Below are positions 15,081-25,057 of a stretch of 26,689 nt of DNA, one piece after another. The first letter of the stretch is position 1. Each line of letters starts with the position of its first letter. Under the pieces are notes generated by a model. That model was not told the origin of the DNA, did not search any database, and was given only the letters and a program-made list of their open reading frames with translations. This stretch comes from a virus (Duplodnaviria; Caudoviricetes): positions 1 through 26,689 of IMG/VR virus record IMGVR_UViG_3300037589_000106; one strand, written 5' to 3'. The position numbers and the translations under genes are program-made.

Positions 15081-16457
15081 ATGAGCATCAACGCACTCAA
15101 AAAGAAGAAGGCCGACGCGCTCGCCGCGGCCCGAGACATCCAAGCCAAGCTCGACGACGCCGACGCGAACTACTCCGCCGAGAAGCGGGCCGAGTTCGAG
15201 CAGGCGGTCGATAAGCACATCGCCGACGCCGAGCAGTACAACGAAGAAATCGCCGAGGCGGAAGCCGCGGCCGAGGCGTCCCGCAAGCGGGCCGAGCGTA
15301 TCAGCGGCCTCGCGTCGTCCGGCGGCAGCGGTCGCCAGACCGAACCGGACCGACCGGGCTCGACCCTCGAAGTCAAAGAGCCCGAGTTCACCAACGACCC
15401 GATGAAGGGCTTCGGTTCGCCGAAGGAGTTCTTCGGCACGGTGGCCGACCTGGCCGCCCGCAATGAAGCGGGCCGCAAGGCCGCGGAAGACCCCCGCGTC
15501 AAGTACCTCGCCACGGCCGGCAGCGATGAGCAGTCGGGCCAGTCCGACCCCTACGGCGGCCTGCTGGTCCCCGTGGGCATGTCCGGCGGCGTTCGGAGCA
15601 CCGGCGCTGACCGCAACCCCCTGCTCGGCGCTGTTACCCAGGTGCCGATGCAGACGCGCTCGGTCGAGATCATCGCCCGCGTGGACAAGAACCATTCGTC
15701 CAGCGTGTCGGGCGGCCTGAGCGTTTCGCGACGTGATGAGACCGACGGCATCACCTCAAGCCGTATGGAGATGGAAAAGATCACGCTCAAGGCGACCGGG
15801 CTGTTCGGCCTCGCCTACTCCACGCGTGAGCTGATGCAGGACTCGCCGCAGTCGATCACCGCCCTGCTTCAGCAGGGGTTCGCCGACGAGTTCCCGGCGA
15901 CCATCTACGAAGAGATGATCTCGGGCAACACCCCCGGCAAGCTCGAAGGCATCATCAACACGCCTGCGACGATCAGCGTGGCCAAAGAGTCGATGCAGAC
16001 GGCGGACACGATCAACGGCACGAACCTGCTGAAGATGCGCGAGCGGGCGTGGCGCTACGGCGAAGGGTCGTTCTGGCTGGCCAACTACGACACGCTTCGT
16101 CAGCTCATCGCGGCGCACTCGACGCTGACGAACGACGACTACCCGCTGTTCATCCACGGCAACGGGACCGACGTGCCCGACACGCTGCTGGGTCGGCCGA
16201 TCTACTTCAACGAGTTCTGCTCGACCCTCGGCGACCTAGGCGACATCATCCTCGTCTCGCAGCCGGCTCAGTACCTCTACGGCGTTTACCAGCCGTTGCG
16301 GTCCGAAGAGTCGATGCACGTCCGCTTCGAGAACCACGAGCAGGTGTTCAAGTTCTGGACCGAGAACGCCGGCGCTCCGTGGTGGCGTTCCGCCCTGACG
16401 CCCAAGAACGGCGCGAACACGCTTTCGCCGTTCGTGACCCTCGCGGCCCGTGCGTAA
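15081..16457 (+). CDS. Major capsid protein, HK97 fold, with N-terminal coiled-coil delta domain
   Basis: AAGGA RBS; helical N-terminus; GGLLVP, G..PGKLEGIIN, TLLGRPI, LGDI, and C-terminal SPFVTLAAR. Confidence 0.95.
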   Translation: MSINALKKKKADALAAARDIQAKLDDADANYSAEKRAEFEQAVDKHIADAEQYNEEIAEAEAAAEASRKRAERISGLASSGGSGRQTEPDRPGSTLEVKEPEFTNDPMKGFGSPKEFFGTVADLAARNEAGRKAAEDPRVKYLATAGSDEQSGQSDPYGGLLVPVGMSGGVRSTGADRNPLLGAVTQVPMQTRSVEIIARVDKNHSSSVSGGLSVSRRDETDGITSSRMEMEKITLKATGLFGLAYSTRELMQDSPQSITALLQQGFADEFPATIYEEMISGNTPGKLEGIINTPATISVAKESMQTADTINGTNLLKMRERAWRYGEGSFWLANYDTLRQLIAAHSTLTNDDYPLFIHGNGTDVPDTLLGRPIYFNEFCSTLGDLGDIILVSQPAQYLYGVYQPLRSEESMHVRFENHEQVFKFWTENAGAPWWRSALTPKNGANTLSPFVTLAARA

Positions 16458-16468
16458 GGAGTTGGCTG

Positions 16469-16660
16469 ATGCCCCGGATCAAGTTCACACGTAACGCGGA
16501 TGTCAACGAGGGCGGGCCTTACGAGGCCGGCCAGATCGTTGACGTGCCGCAAGCTTCGGCGGACCGCTGGGTTCGCCGCGACGCGGCTGAAATCGTCAAG
16601 GGCGAAGAGGCCAAACCACAAAAGACCAAAACAACCAAAACCACGAAAGGTACTAAATAA
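16469..16660 (+). CDS. Small head-associated protein with a Lys/Thr-rich tail
   Basis: AAGGAG RBS; MPRIKFT...YEAGQIVDVPQASADRWV...AEIV; follows the capsid gene. Confidence 0.8.
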   Translation: MPRIKFTRNADVNEGGPYEAGQIVDVPQASADRWVRRDAAEIVKGEEAKPQKTKTTKTTKGTK

Positions 16661-17103
16661 TGGCTGTTGCAACTGACAACCAACAACTGCGGGCCGAGCT
16701 GTTCGTAAAGCCCTACGACTTCGACCCGAACGGCACGTCGGCGACCGACGTCGGCTGGATCGACGCCCAAGACATCGATTCGTTGCTCGTGCAGTTCATC
16801 CGCACCGTCGGATCGTCCGATTTGACATTCACAATCATCGGCAACACCGCGGCGGACGGCACGGGCACCGACTCGGCGATCAAGACCATCACCCTTTCAG
16901 CCCAGCCAGACGCGGCGCTCGACACCGTGTTCGGGGAGGTCACTCGCGGCGAGATCATGCAGGCCGCGGCTGACGCCGGCCGTGAGATTCGCGGCGTGTC
17001 GGCAGCGTTGACGTTTGCGACCGGCACCGACGAGGCGATCGTTAATTACATCGTCAAGAAGACCCATGTGACCAAGGACAACACCGCTGACATCGTCGCC
17101 TGA
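16660..17103 (+). CDS. Probable capsid decoration or structural protein
   Basis: Beta-rich 147-aa ORF, TAATG-coupled, before the terminator that closes the capsid unit. Confidence 0.65.
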   Translation: MAVATDNQQLRAELFVKPYDFDPNGTSATDVGWIDAQDIDSLLVQFIRTVGSSDLTFTIIGNTAADGTGTDSAIKTITLSAQPDAALDTVFGEVTRGEIMQAAADAGREIRGVSAALTFATGTDEAIVNYIVKKTHVTKDNTADIVA

Positions 17104-17120
17104 TTCGGCTTTCTCCTCCG

Positions 17121-17152
17121 TGTCTGGCGGCGGAAACGTCGCCGGGCATTTT
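17121..17152 (+). terminator. Hairpin terminator after the capsid/decoration genes
   Basis: TGTCTGGCGGCG-GAAA-CGTCGCCGGGCA followed by TTTT. Confidence 0.65.
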
Positions 17153-17153
17153 C

Positions 17154-17744
17154 ATGCGTCCATCGCTTAAACAAACCGTTGCTCCGGCGTCCGAGCCGTT
17201 GACGCTGGTCGAGGCCAAGGCTCACCTGCGCGTCGATTCGTCGGCCGAGGACGACCTGATTACGTCGCTGATCGAGGCGGCCCGGCGGATGGCCGAGGCG
17301 TACACGCAGCGTCAGCTCGTCACCGCGACGTACACGCTGACGCTCGACGACTTCCCCGACAGCTACGGCGACATCTGCCTGCCTCGTACGCCGCTGGGTT
17401 CGGTCAGTTCGATCGCCTACACCGACGTGGCCGGCGACTCGCAGACGCTTGCGACCACGGTGTACGAGGTGATTGACGACGACGTGTCGGCTTCGGTCGT
17501 GCTCAAGCCCGGCCAGCGATGGCCGTCGGTCCAGGTGGACAAGCGGCACGCGGTCGTCGTGACATTCACGGCTGGGTACGGGTCTTCGGGTTCGGACGTT
17601 CCCGAGTCGGCCCGCGCCGCGATGCTGCTGATCGTCGGCAACCTGTACGAGAACCGCGAGGCGGCGACGGAGCGTTCGATGTCGTCGCTCCCGATGGGCG
17701 TGAAGGCCCTACTCGACACGATTTCGGTCAAGGAACCGGTATAG
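17154..17744 (+). CDS. Head-tail connector (gp6-like, phiE125 gp8 type)
   Basis: EPLTLVEAKAHLRVD...DDLITSLIEAAR...FTAGYG...VPE..RAAMLLIVGNLYENRE. Confidence 0.93.
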   Translation: MRPSLKQTVAPASEPLTLVEAKAHLRVDSSAEDDLITSLIEAARRMAEAYTQRQLVTATYTLTLDDFPDSYGDICLPRTPLGSVSSIAYTDVAGDSQTLATTVYEVIDDDVSASVVLKPGQRWPSVQVDKRHAVVVTFTAGYGSSGSDVPESARAAMLLIVGNLYENREAATERSMSSLPMGVKALLDTISVKEPV

Positions 17745-17754
17745 GAGTTTATCG

Positions 17755-18171
17755 ATGGCGGATGTAACTATTCCAACTGGCAAGCCGACGGGCTTAAACG
17801 CAACGACTCGGGTGTTCATTGCTGGGGAGGTAATTGAGAGCGGCGAAGTTGTTTACCAAGATGCGTCGGATGCGGGCAAGGTAAAGCTTGCGGATGCGGA
17901 CACGGACGCTGCATCTAGAGCGGTGGGCATTGCCCTCTGCGAATCGTATGGCAACCAGCCCGTGGTTGTAGCGACGAGTGGTCAGCTAGTTTACACGGGG
18001 GGCAGCCCATTTACTCAGGGGCTGGTGTATTGCGTTTCAACCAACGCCGGCGCGATGTGTCCCGAAGCCGACATCGGTAGCGGCGATTACAAAACCGTGC
18101 TGGGGGTGGCCAGAAGCTCCGGGGTTTTTGATCTGAACATCAACGCCACGGGTGTGACCGAGAACGCCTAA
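17755..18171 (+). CDS. Probable structural protein (capsid cement / head-fibre-like)
   Basis: AGGAG RBS; AGEVIESGEVVY...KLADAD...AVGIAL pattern. Confidence 0.6.
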   Translation: MADVTIPTGKPTGLNATTRVFIAGEVIESGEVVYQDASDAGKVKLADADTDAASRAVGIALCESYGNQPVVVATSGQLVYTGGSPFTQGLVYCVSTNAGAMCPEADIGSGDYKTVLGVARSSGVFDLNINATGVTENA

Positions 18172-18500
18172 TGCCCGCCGGACGCCACGACCACCGAGCA
18201 GAAATTCAAACCGCGACCACGTCGGACGACGCGGGCGGCAACGCTGTCTACACATGGACAACCGTCGCGACGCGGTGGGCCTCATTGCAGGACAGCGGTG
18301 GTGGCGAGCTGTACCGGGCTCAGAAGGTGGATGCGACGATCGACTCGGTCGTCATCTTCCGCGAGCAGTACGAAGGGCTGACCCCCGAGGACCGCATCGT
18401 CATCGACGGCCGGACCTTCAACATCAAGGCGGTGCTGAACAAGTCCGACCGCACGGCGAAGCGAGGCCAGACGGTCTACTGCAAGGAGGTGGTGTCGTGA
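18171..18500 (+). CDS. Head closure protein (SPP1 gp16 / head-tail adaptor)
   Basis: AGR..HR.EIQ...DDAGG...WTTVATRWA...DRIVIDGRTFNIKAV. Confidence 0.9.
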   Translation: MPAGRHDHRAEIQTATTSDDAGGNAVYTWTTVATRWASLQDSGGGELYRAQKVDATIDSVVIFREQYEGLTPEDRIVIDGRTFNIKAVLNKSDRTAKRGQTVYCKEVVS

Positions 18501-18949
18501 AAATCGTCGGCGAACAAGCGTTGATGAGGCGCCTTGACCGTATGGCCCGCGACAGCAGCCGAGCGAAGATTGCGCGTCCGGCCCTGCGTGAAGCCGCGGC
18601 CGAGGTTCGCAAGTCGGCCAAGCGGCACGCCCCGAAAGAGACCGGCCTGCTGCGTCGCGCCATCAAAAGCGTGGTCCGCACCAAGCGAGGCGTCGTCTTC
18701 GCCATCATCGGCCCGGCGTGGGGGTTTAAGAAAACCGTCAACCGCCCGAGCGCCAACTTCGGCGAAGGCGGCGAAGTCGATTCGGACCCCGCCCGGTACG
18801 CCCACCTGGTCGAGTTCGGCACCGCTCACTCGCCGCCGCAGCCGTTCCTGCGCCCGGCCTACGACGGCACGCCGTCGGAGCGGATCATCGCCCGCCGCAT
18901 GTCCGAAGAGCTTGAGAAGCAAGCGAAGAAGGAGGCGGCCAAGGGATGA
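18497..18949 (+). CDS. HK97 gp10 family tail-completion protein
   Basis: GTG start with AGGAGG RBS; APKETGLLRRAI...YAHLVEFGT...PQPFLRPA. Confidence 0.92.
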   Translation: MKIVGEQALMRRLDRMARDSSRAKIARPALREAAAEVRKSAKRHAPKETGLLRRAIKSVVRTKRGVVFAIIGPAWGFKKTVNRPSANFGEGGEVDSDPARYAHLVEFGTAHSPPQPFLRPAYDGTPSERIIARRMSEELEKQAKKEAAKG

Positions 18950-19374
18950 GCATCAAAACCGACCTACGAGCACATCTCGCGGACGACAACACGATCAGCG
19001 GCATTACCTCTCGCATCCGGTTAAGCCGGTCGGAGCAATCGGACAGTCTGCCGCGCGTGGTCATTCATCAGATCGACGGCGACCACAAGCACCACATGAC
19101 CGCCGCGACGGGCAAGGCGATCGGCCGGTTCCAGATCGACTGCCACGCGGCGACGCCGATCGCGGCCGAGGCGTTGGCCGAAGCGGTCCGCCAGGCTCTC
19201 GACGGGTTCCGCGGAGAGATGAACAGCGGAACCTTCGTCAGCATGTGCCACCTGATCGACGAGCGAACCGACTACACACCGCCGCACGAAGGCGGCCACG
19301 CCGACAAGGGCGTAGACACCGTTCAACTTGACTACCGAATCGGCTGGACCGTGTCCGTGCCGAGCTTTGCATAA
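18946..19374 (+). CDS. Tail terminator (DUF3168-like)
   Basis: LPRVVIHQI...RFQIDCHA...AEALAEAVRQALDG; synteny. Confidence 0.85.
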   Translation: MSIKTDLRAHLADDNTISGITSRIRLSRSEQSDSLPRVVIHQIDGDHKHHMTAATGKAIGRFQIDCHAATPIAAEALAEAVRQALDGFRGEMNSGTFVSMCHLIDERTDYTPPHEGGHADKGVDTVQLDYRIGWTVSVPSFA

Positions 19375-19386
19375 GGAGCAACCACC

Positions 19387-19788
19387 ATGCCTGTTGATCT
19401 TGGCACCGGAGCCAGCGTGACGTTTGGCACGTCCGGCTTCACCGCGAACTACACCGAACTGCGACTCCCCGGCATGAGCCGGCCGGTCATCAAAACCAGC
19501 CACCTCGGCACGACCACGGCGGACACCTTCACGCCCGGCGACCTTGTTGACTTCGGCGAGTTCGAGATGGACTTGCAGTGGGATCCGGACGACTTCCCCC
19601 CGATCGACCAAGTGGCCGAGACGATCACGCTGACGTTCCCGCTTTCGTCGGGCGGCTCGACCGCTGCGAAGTTCCAATTCACCGGCTTCGCCCACAACTT
19701 CAGCGGCGCGGTGCCGCACGAAGAGCTGATGACCGGTTCGCTGACGGTGAAGATCAGCGGCGACATCACCGACACGGATGAATCCTGA
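19387..19788 (+). CDS. Tail tube (major tail) protein
   Basis: AAGGAG RBS; TF.PG.LVDFGEFEM...FTGF...MTGSLTVKISG. Confidence 0.85.
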   Translation: MPVDLGTGASVTFGTSGFTANYTELRLPGMSRPVIKTSHLGTTTADTFTPGDLVDFGEFEMDLQWDPDDFPPIDQVAETITLTFPLSSGGSTAAKFQFTGFAHNFSGAVPHEELMTGSLTVKISGDITDTDES

Positions 19789-20093
19789 TGAAAGTCAAAA
19801 TCCTAAAACCGACCAGGCGGCTGATGCGGCACCACATCGGCGACGTTGTTGAGGTTGACGCCGCACTCGGAAACAGCCTGGCGACGATCGGCACGGTCCT
19901 GGTCATCGAGCACGATAAGCCAGACACGCCGACGGTCGCCGATCCAAAGCGTCGAGACGTTCGTCCCAAGCACGTCAAAAACGCCGAGGCGTTGGGCGAA
20001 GAGCCGATCCCCGGCACCGGAAACGTCAAGACGGGCGGTGTCGCCGGTCATGAGGGCAAGAGCGAACGCAAACCAACGGAGAACGACGAATGA
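19788..20093 (+). CDS. Hypothetical protein
   Basis: Coupled at both ends; N-terminus resembles that of 16469-16660. Confidence 0.7.
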   Translation: MKVKILKPTRRLMRHHIGDVVEVDAALGNSLATIGTVLVIEHDKPDTPTVADPKRRDVRPKHVKNAEALGEEPIPGTGNVKTGGVAGHEGKSERKPTENDE

Positions 20094-20455
20094 GTTTGAC
20101 ACGAGATCAATTCCTTGAACGCAAGCCCCGCGAGGTGCGCGAAGTCGAAGTGCCCGGCCGCGGGTCGGTGTTCGTCCGCGAGCTGTACAGCGACGAGCAG
20201 GCCAAACTGACCAAGCAAACGAGCAAGCCCGAGAACGAGGTGCTGGCCGCGTTCGTTGTGGCGACCGCGTGCGACAAGGACGGGGAGTTGCTGTTCACCG
20301 ATGACGATGCCGCCGCCCTGTCGTCTTGGCCCACGCGCGAGCTGCTACCGATTATGCGGGCGGCCAGCGAGTTGAGCGGGCTCAACAAAGAGGACCAGGA
20401 CGAGATATTGGGAAACTCCGAAGCGACCACGCCGAGCGGTTCTGGCACCGCCTAG
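20090..20455 (+). CDS. Tail assembly chaperone (gpG-like)
   Basis: LTRDQFL...EVEVPG.GSVFVREL...DKDGELLFT...GN; slippery GGGAAAC at 20410-20416. Confidence 0.88.
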   Translation: MSLTRDQFLERKPREVREVEVPGRGSVFVRELYSDEQAKLTKQTSKPENEVLAAFVVATACDKDGELLFTDDDAAALSSWPTRELLPIMRAASELSGLNKEDQDEILGNSEATTPSGSGTA

Positions 20456-20766
20456 CGCTCGCGTGGTCCTGCACGGTCGCCGAGGCAAAGTCTCGATGCA
20501 CGGCAAGGGAGTTCAGACAGTGGACGGCGTACTACCAGATCGAGCCGTTTGGCGAAGAGCGGGCGGACTTGCGGATGGCGATCCTCGCTTCGATCGTTGC
20601 CCGGGTCGGCGGCAACAAGAACGCCAAGCCCGAGCAGTTCATGCCGACGTTTGACGGTCCATCTAAGAAGAACACCACCGACGAGATGTACCGCATGTTC
20701 AAGCGGTTCGCCAAAAAGCACAACGAAATGAACGCCGAGCGTCGGCGTAGGCAGGGCAAGACCTGA
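20416..20766 (+). CDS. gpT-like extension made by -1 frameshift (gpGT fusion 20090-20766)
   Basis: The -1 frame reads FWHRLALAWSCTVAE...EFRQWTAYYQIEPFGEERADLR; no independent start. Confidence 0.85.
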   Translation, partial: LRSDHAERFWHRLALAWSCTVAEAKSRCTAREFRQWTAYYQIEPFGEERADLRMAILASIVARVGGNKNAKPEQFMPTFDGPSKKNTTDEMYRMFKRFAKKHNEMNAERRRRQGKT

Positions 20767-22265
20767 TGGCAAGCACCACGATCGGCAGATTGAAAGTCCT
20801 GCTGACGGCCGACTCCCGCAAGTACGGGAGCGGGATGAAGCGTGCGCGCGGTCACACCAAAGAGTTCGGGCTGTCGATCAAGGGCGTGGGCGGCATGGTG
20901 TCGCGCATGGTCCCCCAGCTCGCGGCGGCGGCGGGGGCCGCATTGAGCCTAACCGCGGCGTTCCGCGGCTTCACAAGCCAGCTCCAACGCCTTGACGATA
21001 TTGCGAAGACGGCGCAGAAGATCGGCACGACGACTGAAGAGTTAAGCCGCTTGCAATTCGCCGGCGAGAAAACTGGCGTCCAGGCGAACACGTTGAACAT
21101 GGCGCTGCAGCGGATGACTCGCCGCTTGGCTGAAGCCGCCAAGGGAACAGGCGAGGCGAAAGACGCGGTCGCCGAGTTGGGCTTGGATGCTGTCGCCCTG
21201 GCGAAGAAGGGGCCGGCCGCCGCGTTCTACGAGATCGCCGACGCGATGGAGCAAGTGCCCAACCAGGCCGACCGCGTTCGGCTGGCGATGAAGCTGTTCG
21301 ACTCCGAGGGCGTTGCGCTGGTCAACACGCTCAAGGGCGGGTCAAAGTCACTTGAGGAGTTTGCCCGCCAGTCCGACAAGTTCGGCAACACCGTAGACGG
21401 CAAGGCGGCGAAAGCGGCGGAGAAGTTTAACGACGCGATGACCGACTTGAAGGCATCGGTCGGCGGTGTGTTTGCCCAGCTTGTTCAAGACCTCGCCCCG
21501 GCCCTAACCGGCGTGGTCAACATCTTGGCCAACTTTGTTTCAGGGGTTCGCAAGTCGGTGGCGGCCGTTCGTTCTTTCTACAAAGAGAACGAAATCCTGA
21601 TCCGAACACTCGCGGCGATCGTGACGCTTGGCCAAAGCGAGGTCGTTCGTGCAGGGGTCATTGCGATCTCGGACTCGCCCAAGGCCGCGCTCGAAGACCT
21701 CAAGCAGACCGCCGACAAGGTCAATCAGGCGATCGGGCCGGACATGACTACCGCGGTCAAGGGGACGACATTTGCCGTGTCCGCCCTGTTGGCGTCGAGC
21801 AATCCGCTGGCGAAGCAATTCGGCGTGTTGGCTCAGCGGGCGACCGAGACAACGATTGAGTTCACCGAAGTCAGCGACGCGATGGACGACATGGCTCGCC
21901 GCGCCGCCCGCATCTTCGAGCAGACACGAACCCCCGCGGAGAGGCTCGCCGCCCAGCTTCGAGAAATACATGAATTGTCGGTCAACGGGTTCCTCGACGA
22001 GGAAACCGCTCGCCGTGCGATCACGCAACTTAACGCCGGCCAGCAGCAGCGAGACATCAGCGTCGCGTCAGGGCTGCAAGACAACCGCGTGAGCTTTGCG
22101 GCGGTCGGAGCGGCCCAGGCCACCGGGCGCAAGACCGACGCGATGCTCCGGCTGCAAAAGCAGCAGGCCGAGAGTGACAAGCGGCGGGAGGACACGCAGA
22201 GCAAGACGCTTAGCGCCATTCGCGGCCTGACCACCGAGCAAAAAATAAGGGTGGTGACTTTCTAA
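20766..22265 (+). CDS. Tape measure protein (short, 499 aa)
   Basis: IGRLKVLLTADS N-terminus; Ala-rich helical composition; follows the chaperone. Confidence 0.9.
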   Translation: MASTTIGRLKVLLTADSRKYGSGMKRARGHTKEFGLSIKGVGGMVSRMVPQLAAAAGAALSLTAAFRGFTSQLQRLDDIAKTAQKIGTTTEELSRLQFAGEKTGVQANTLNMALQRMTRRLAEAAKGTGEAKDAVAELGLDAVALAKKGPAAAFYEIADAMEQVPNQADRVRLAMKLFDSEGVALVNTLKGGSKSLEEFARQSDKFGNTVDGKAAKAAEKFNDAMTDLKASVGGVFAQLVQDLAPALTGVVNILANFVSGVRKSVAAVRSFYKENEILIRTLAAIVTLGQSEVVRAGVIAISDSPKAALEDLKQTADKVNQAIGPDMTTAVKGTTFAVSALLASSNPLAKQFGVLAQRATETTIEFTEVSDAMDDMARRAARIFEQTRTPAERLAAQLREIHELSVNGFLDEETARRAITQLNAGQQQRDISVASGLQDNRVSFAAVGAAQATGRKTDAMLRLQKQQAESDKRREDTQSKTLSAIRGLTTEQKIRVVTF

Positions 22266-23176
22266 TGGCTTGGACGGTCAACGAAACTGCACGCGGCACG
22301 TCGTCGCGAACGACCAACGGACGCCGCTACACGCGGGTGTGGCGGGCGGAAACGGACGGCTCAAGTGTGCATCCCGCGATCGCCGCGGGCAAGGCTCCTG
22401 TGTCGGTCGGGAGTCTATTCCCTAGCGACCCGCTTGCCCGTTGTACCGACGTGTCGGCGGCGTACGAGCGCGAGGAAGAGTCGCGGCTTCACTACCTCGT
22501 TACGGCGACGTACGAGACGAAAACGGGCAGCGGGTCACAAGAGGAAGAGAACGAAAACCCGCTGGACGACACGCCGGTCAAGCGGTGGTCGTCGCGAACG
22601 GTTCGCCTTCCCGTCCGCGTGGACATCAACGGCCAAGCGATCGTCAACAGCGCGGGCGAGCCGTTTGATCCGCTTCCAGAAGAAGACTTTCAGGTGCTTG
22701 TGTTTGAGTACCAACACAACGTCTTGTCATACAGCGAAACAAAGGCCAGCGAGTACCGCGGAGCGGTCAACAACGACAATTTCATCCTGTCGGGCCTGCC
22801 GGTCAAACAGTACCAGGCCCGGATGCAGAACATCACGGCGACCTCAGCCGAGCGTAACGGCAACCGCTACTGGATCGAGTCGGTCACGATCGAGATCGTG
22901 GATGACTGGCGGCTGATGCTTGTCGATGAGGGCCGGCGGAGGATCGCCGACCCGGCGGATGGAGTTGGTGTCGAAATTTACTTGGGCGAAAACAAGTTCG
23001 GCCAGGTGCAACCCGTCCTCGACGCCAACGGCAACCCCGTAGAAGAGCCGGTCTTGCTCGACGGCCAAGGCGGCATTCTGCAAGGCGGCCAACCGGTCCT
23101 GCTCACCTTCGACACCGCCGCCAAGCCGCTCAAGCCGTTCAACACACTGGCGCTCCCAACGCAATCCAACCCGTGA
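22265..23176 (+). CDS. Tail protein in the distal-tail/hub position, family not recognised
   Basis: 303 aa, TAATG-coupled to the tape measure gene. Confidence 0.7.
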   Translation: MAWTVNETARGTSSRTTNGRRYTRVWRAETDGSSVHPAIAAGKAPVSVGSLFPSDPLARCTDVSAAYEREEESRLHYLVTATYETKTGSGSQEEENENPLDDTPVKRWSSRTVRLPVRVDINGQAIVNSAGEPFDPLPEEDFQVLVFEYQHNVLSYSETKASEYRGAVNNDNFILSGLPVKQYQARMQNITATSAERNGNRYWIESVTIEIVDDWRLMLVDEGRRRIADPADGVGVEIYLGENKFGQVQPVLDANGNPVEEPVLLDGQGGILQGGQPVLLTFDTAAKPLKPFNTLALPTQSNP

Positions 23177-23184
23177 GATAAATC

Positions 23185-23979
23185 ATGGCAGACCTCTACA
23201 CCGTCACATCGCTCGACTCGGCCGTATACACAAACACGGCCAACTGGATCGGCGGTTCGGCGCCGACGGCGAACGATACCATCTTCCTCCAGTTCGACAG
23301 CGAAACGGACATGGCCGGCTCGGACCAGTCGGCCACCGAACTCGACGACATCTATGTCACGCGCGACTGTACGGGGACCATCGGCACGCCGGCCGCGTAC
23401 CTGCAACTCGACCAGGGCACAACGAACAGCCTCTTCTACGAGGGCCAGGGCACGGCGTACATCGACCTCGGCACGTCCGGGTCCGCGCTGGTCCGCGTGG
23501 ACGACACACGCACGGCGACCACCGGGACCGCCGGCCTGTACTTTAAGAACGACACGAACGCCATCACGCTGATGGAAGTAAACGGCGGGACTGTTCGGTT
23601 GGTAGACGCGAACATCACCACGCTTGTCGTCCGCAACAACGCGACGGTCATCATCGACGCGGCTTGCACGATCGGCACGATCGACTGCGACAACGGGAAC
23701 ATCACCGACTACGGGTGCGCGTTGACGACTTGGAACCACAACGGCGGGACCGGCGTGAAGTACGGGTCGGATGCCTACGCCGTCAACGTCTACGGCGGGA
23801 CGTTCTACAACGACGGCACGGGCACGGCGACGGCGGTTGTTTACGAGGGCCTGTTCAACTCCGACCGTGACAGCCGTTCCAAGTCCCTGACGCTGACCCA
23901 GAACGGCGGGCAGGTCACGGTCGGCCCGAACGTCACACTGAGCGGCACATTCAACACCGGGATCGTGATTACCACATGA
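23185..23979 (+). CDS. Putative beta-solenoid tail protein
   Basis: Repeating xxNGGT/YGGT/YEGL/NGGQ units; T/D/G-rich. Confidence 0.7.
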   Translation: MADLYTVTSLDSAVYTNTANWIGGSAPTANDTIFLQFDSETDMAGSDQSATELDDIYVTRDCTGTIGTPAAYLQLDQGTTNSLFYEGQGTAYIDLGTSGSALVRVDDTRTATTGTAGLYFKNDTNAITLMEVNGGTVRLVDANITTLVVRNNATVIIDAACTIGTIDCDNGNITDYGCALTTWNHNGGTGVKYGSDAYAVNVYGGTFYNDGTGTATAVVYEGLFNSDRDSRSKSLTLTQNGGQVTVGPNVTLSGTFNTGIVITT

Positions 23980-24464
23980 CTGACGCTTATGGGTTCACTG
24001 GCGAGTCGGCGAGGCGCGTTGTCAAGGCGGTCAAGACCGTCGAGGCGAACGACCCGCTGTACACCGGGCCGAAGCCGAGGCGCAGACAAAAATACGTGCG
24101 GCAGTCGTTTTTTGCAAAGATCACAGGAAGCTCGGAAATCAGTACGAACCGCTGGAAGTACGCGTGGACCGAGCAGCAGCGGACGGCCACGGGGTTCCAG
24201 GATAAGCCGAACGGCCGGTCAGGTACGACGGCCGACCGGTTCGCGATCAACTCAGTCGAGGCCAGCAACGACGGCAGCGACACAGAGGGCAACTCCGTGG
24301 ACGTGGATGGGACGATCTTCGACGACAACAGCGGTCTTGAGATGCAGCCGGTCGAGGGCAATCCGGTCGTCACGATGTGGTTCGACTACGACGACGAAGG
24401 CAACCCGGCGTACACCTTCGAGTACGTCAACGCGATCGACGGCGAGTGCGGGAGTGAAGAGTGA
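23976..24464 (+). CDS. Hypothetical tail-region protein
   Basis: ATGA coupling; 162 aa. Confidence 0.75.
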   Translation: MTDAYGFTGESARRVVKAVKTVEANDPLYTGPKPRRRQKYVRQSFFAKITGSSEISTNRWKYAWTEQQRTATGFQDKPNGRSGTTADRFAINSVEASNDGSDTEGNSVDVDGTIFDDNSGLEMQPVEGNPVVTMWFDYDDEGNPAYTFEYVNAIDGECGSEE

Positions 24465-25057
24465 TGGCGAGCGTGGCGAGGTATTGCTGTTGTGGTGAAT
24501 GCGATTGCGACATCGGCGTGACGTGCGGTCAATGCAACGACTGCACTCCGGCGGAATACACGGTGGTGATTAGCGGGATATCGCTTTGCACGTCGTGTTT
24601 TAACGTCAATGGATTGGGCGTCGAAGCGAAGCTTGCATGGGCGGCGGGCGACGTGGCCAATGCATCCCATACACTCACCCAGGTTTCCGGCTTGCCGTGC
24701 CGGTGGGAAAAAACATACACCAACGCTTTAAGTATAGAGGTGTACGACACCGAATCATGCCCCGGCGGGACGCCCGACGTTAGCTCGACCTACGACGTCA
24801 TCGTGCGGCTGATAATGAACGGGAGTACGTGGCGGTTGCTTGTCTTGACCGATGAGAACCCATCGGTTTACTTCGACTACACGCTATTCGACGACCAGCA
24901 AGCGTCGGACTCGAACGCCAGTGGAAACCTATGCGCGACGATCTCGGCAACGTTCACCAGTGACCTGACAACATGCGGCTCCCAAACTCTTAGCAGTGCA
25001 GATACAACCGGCGGAACCGGTGGAACGGCGACAATAACATGCGTGAGTACAGCCTAG
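24461..25057 (+). CDS. Cys-rich protein
   Basis: RYCCCGECDC...CGQCNDC N-terminus; in operon. Confidence 0.75.
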   Translation: MMASVARYCCCGECDCDIGVTCGQCNDCTPAEYTVVISGISLCTSCFNVNGLGVEAKLAWAAGDVANASHTLTQVSGLPCRWEKTYTNALSIEVYDTESCPGGTPDVSSTYDVIVRLIMNGSTWRLLVLTDENPSVYFDYTLFDDQQASDSNASGNLCATISATFTSDLTTCGSQTLSSADTTGGTGGTATITCVSTA

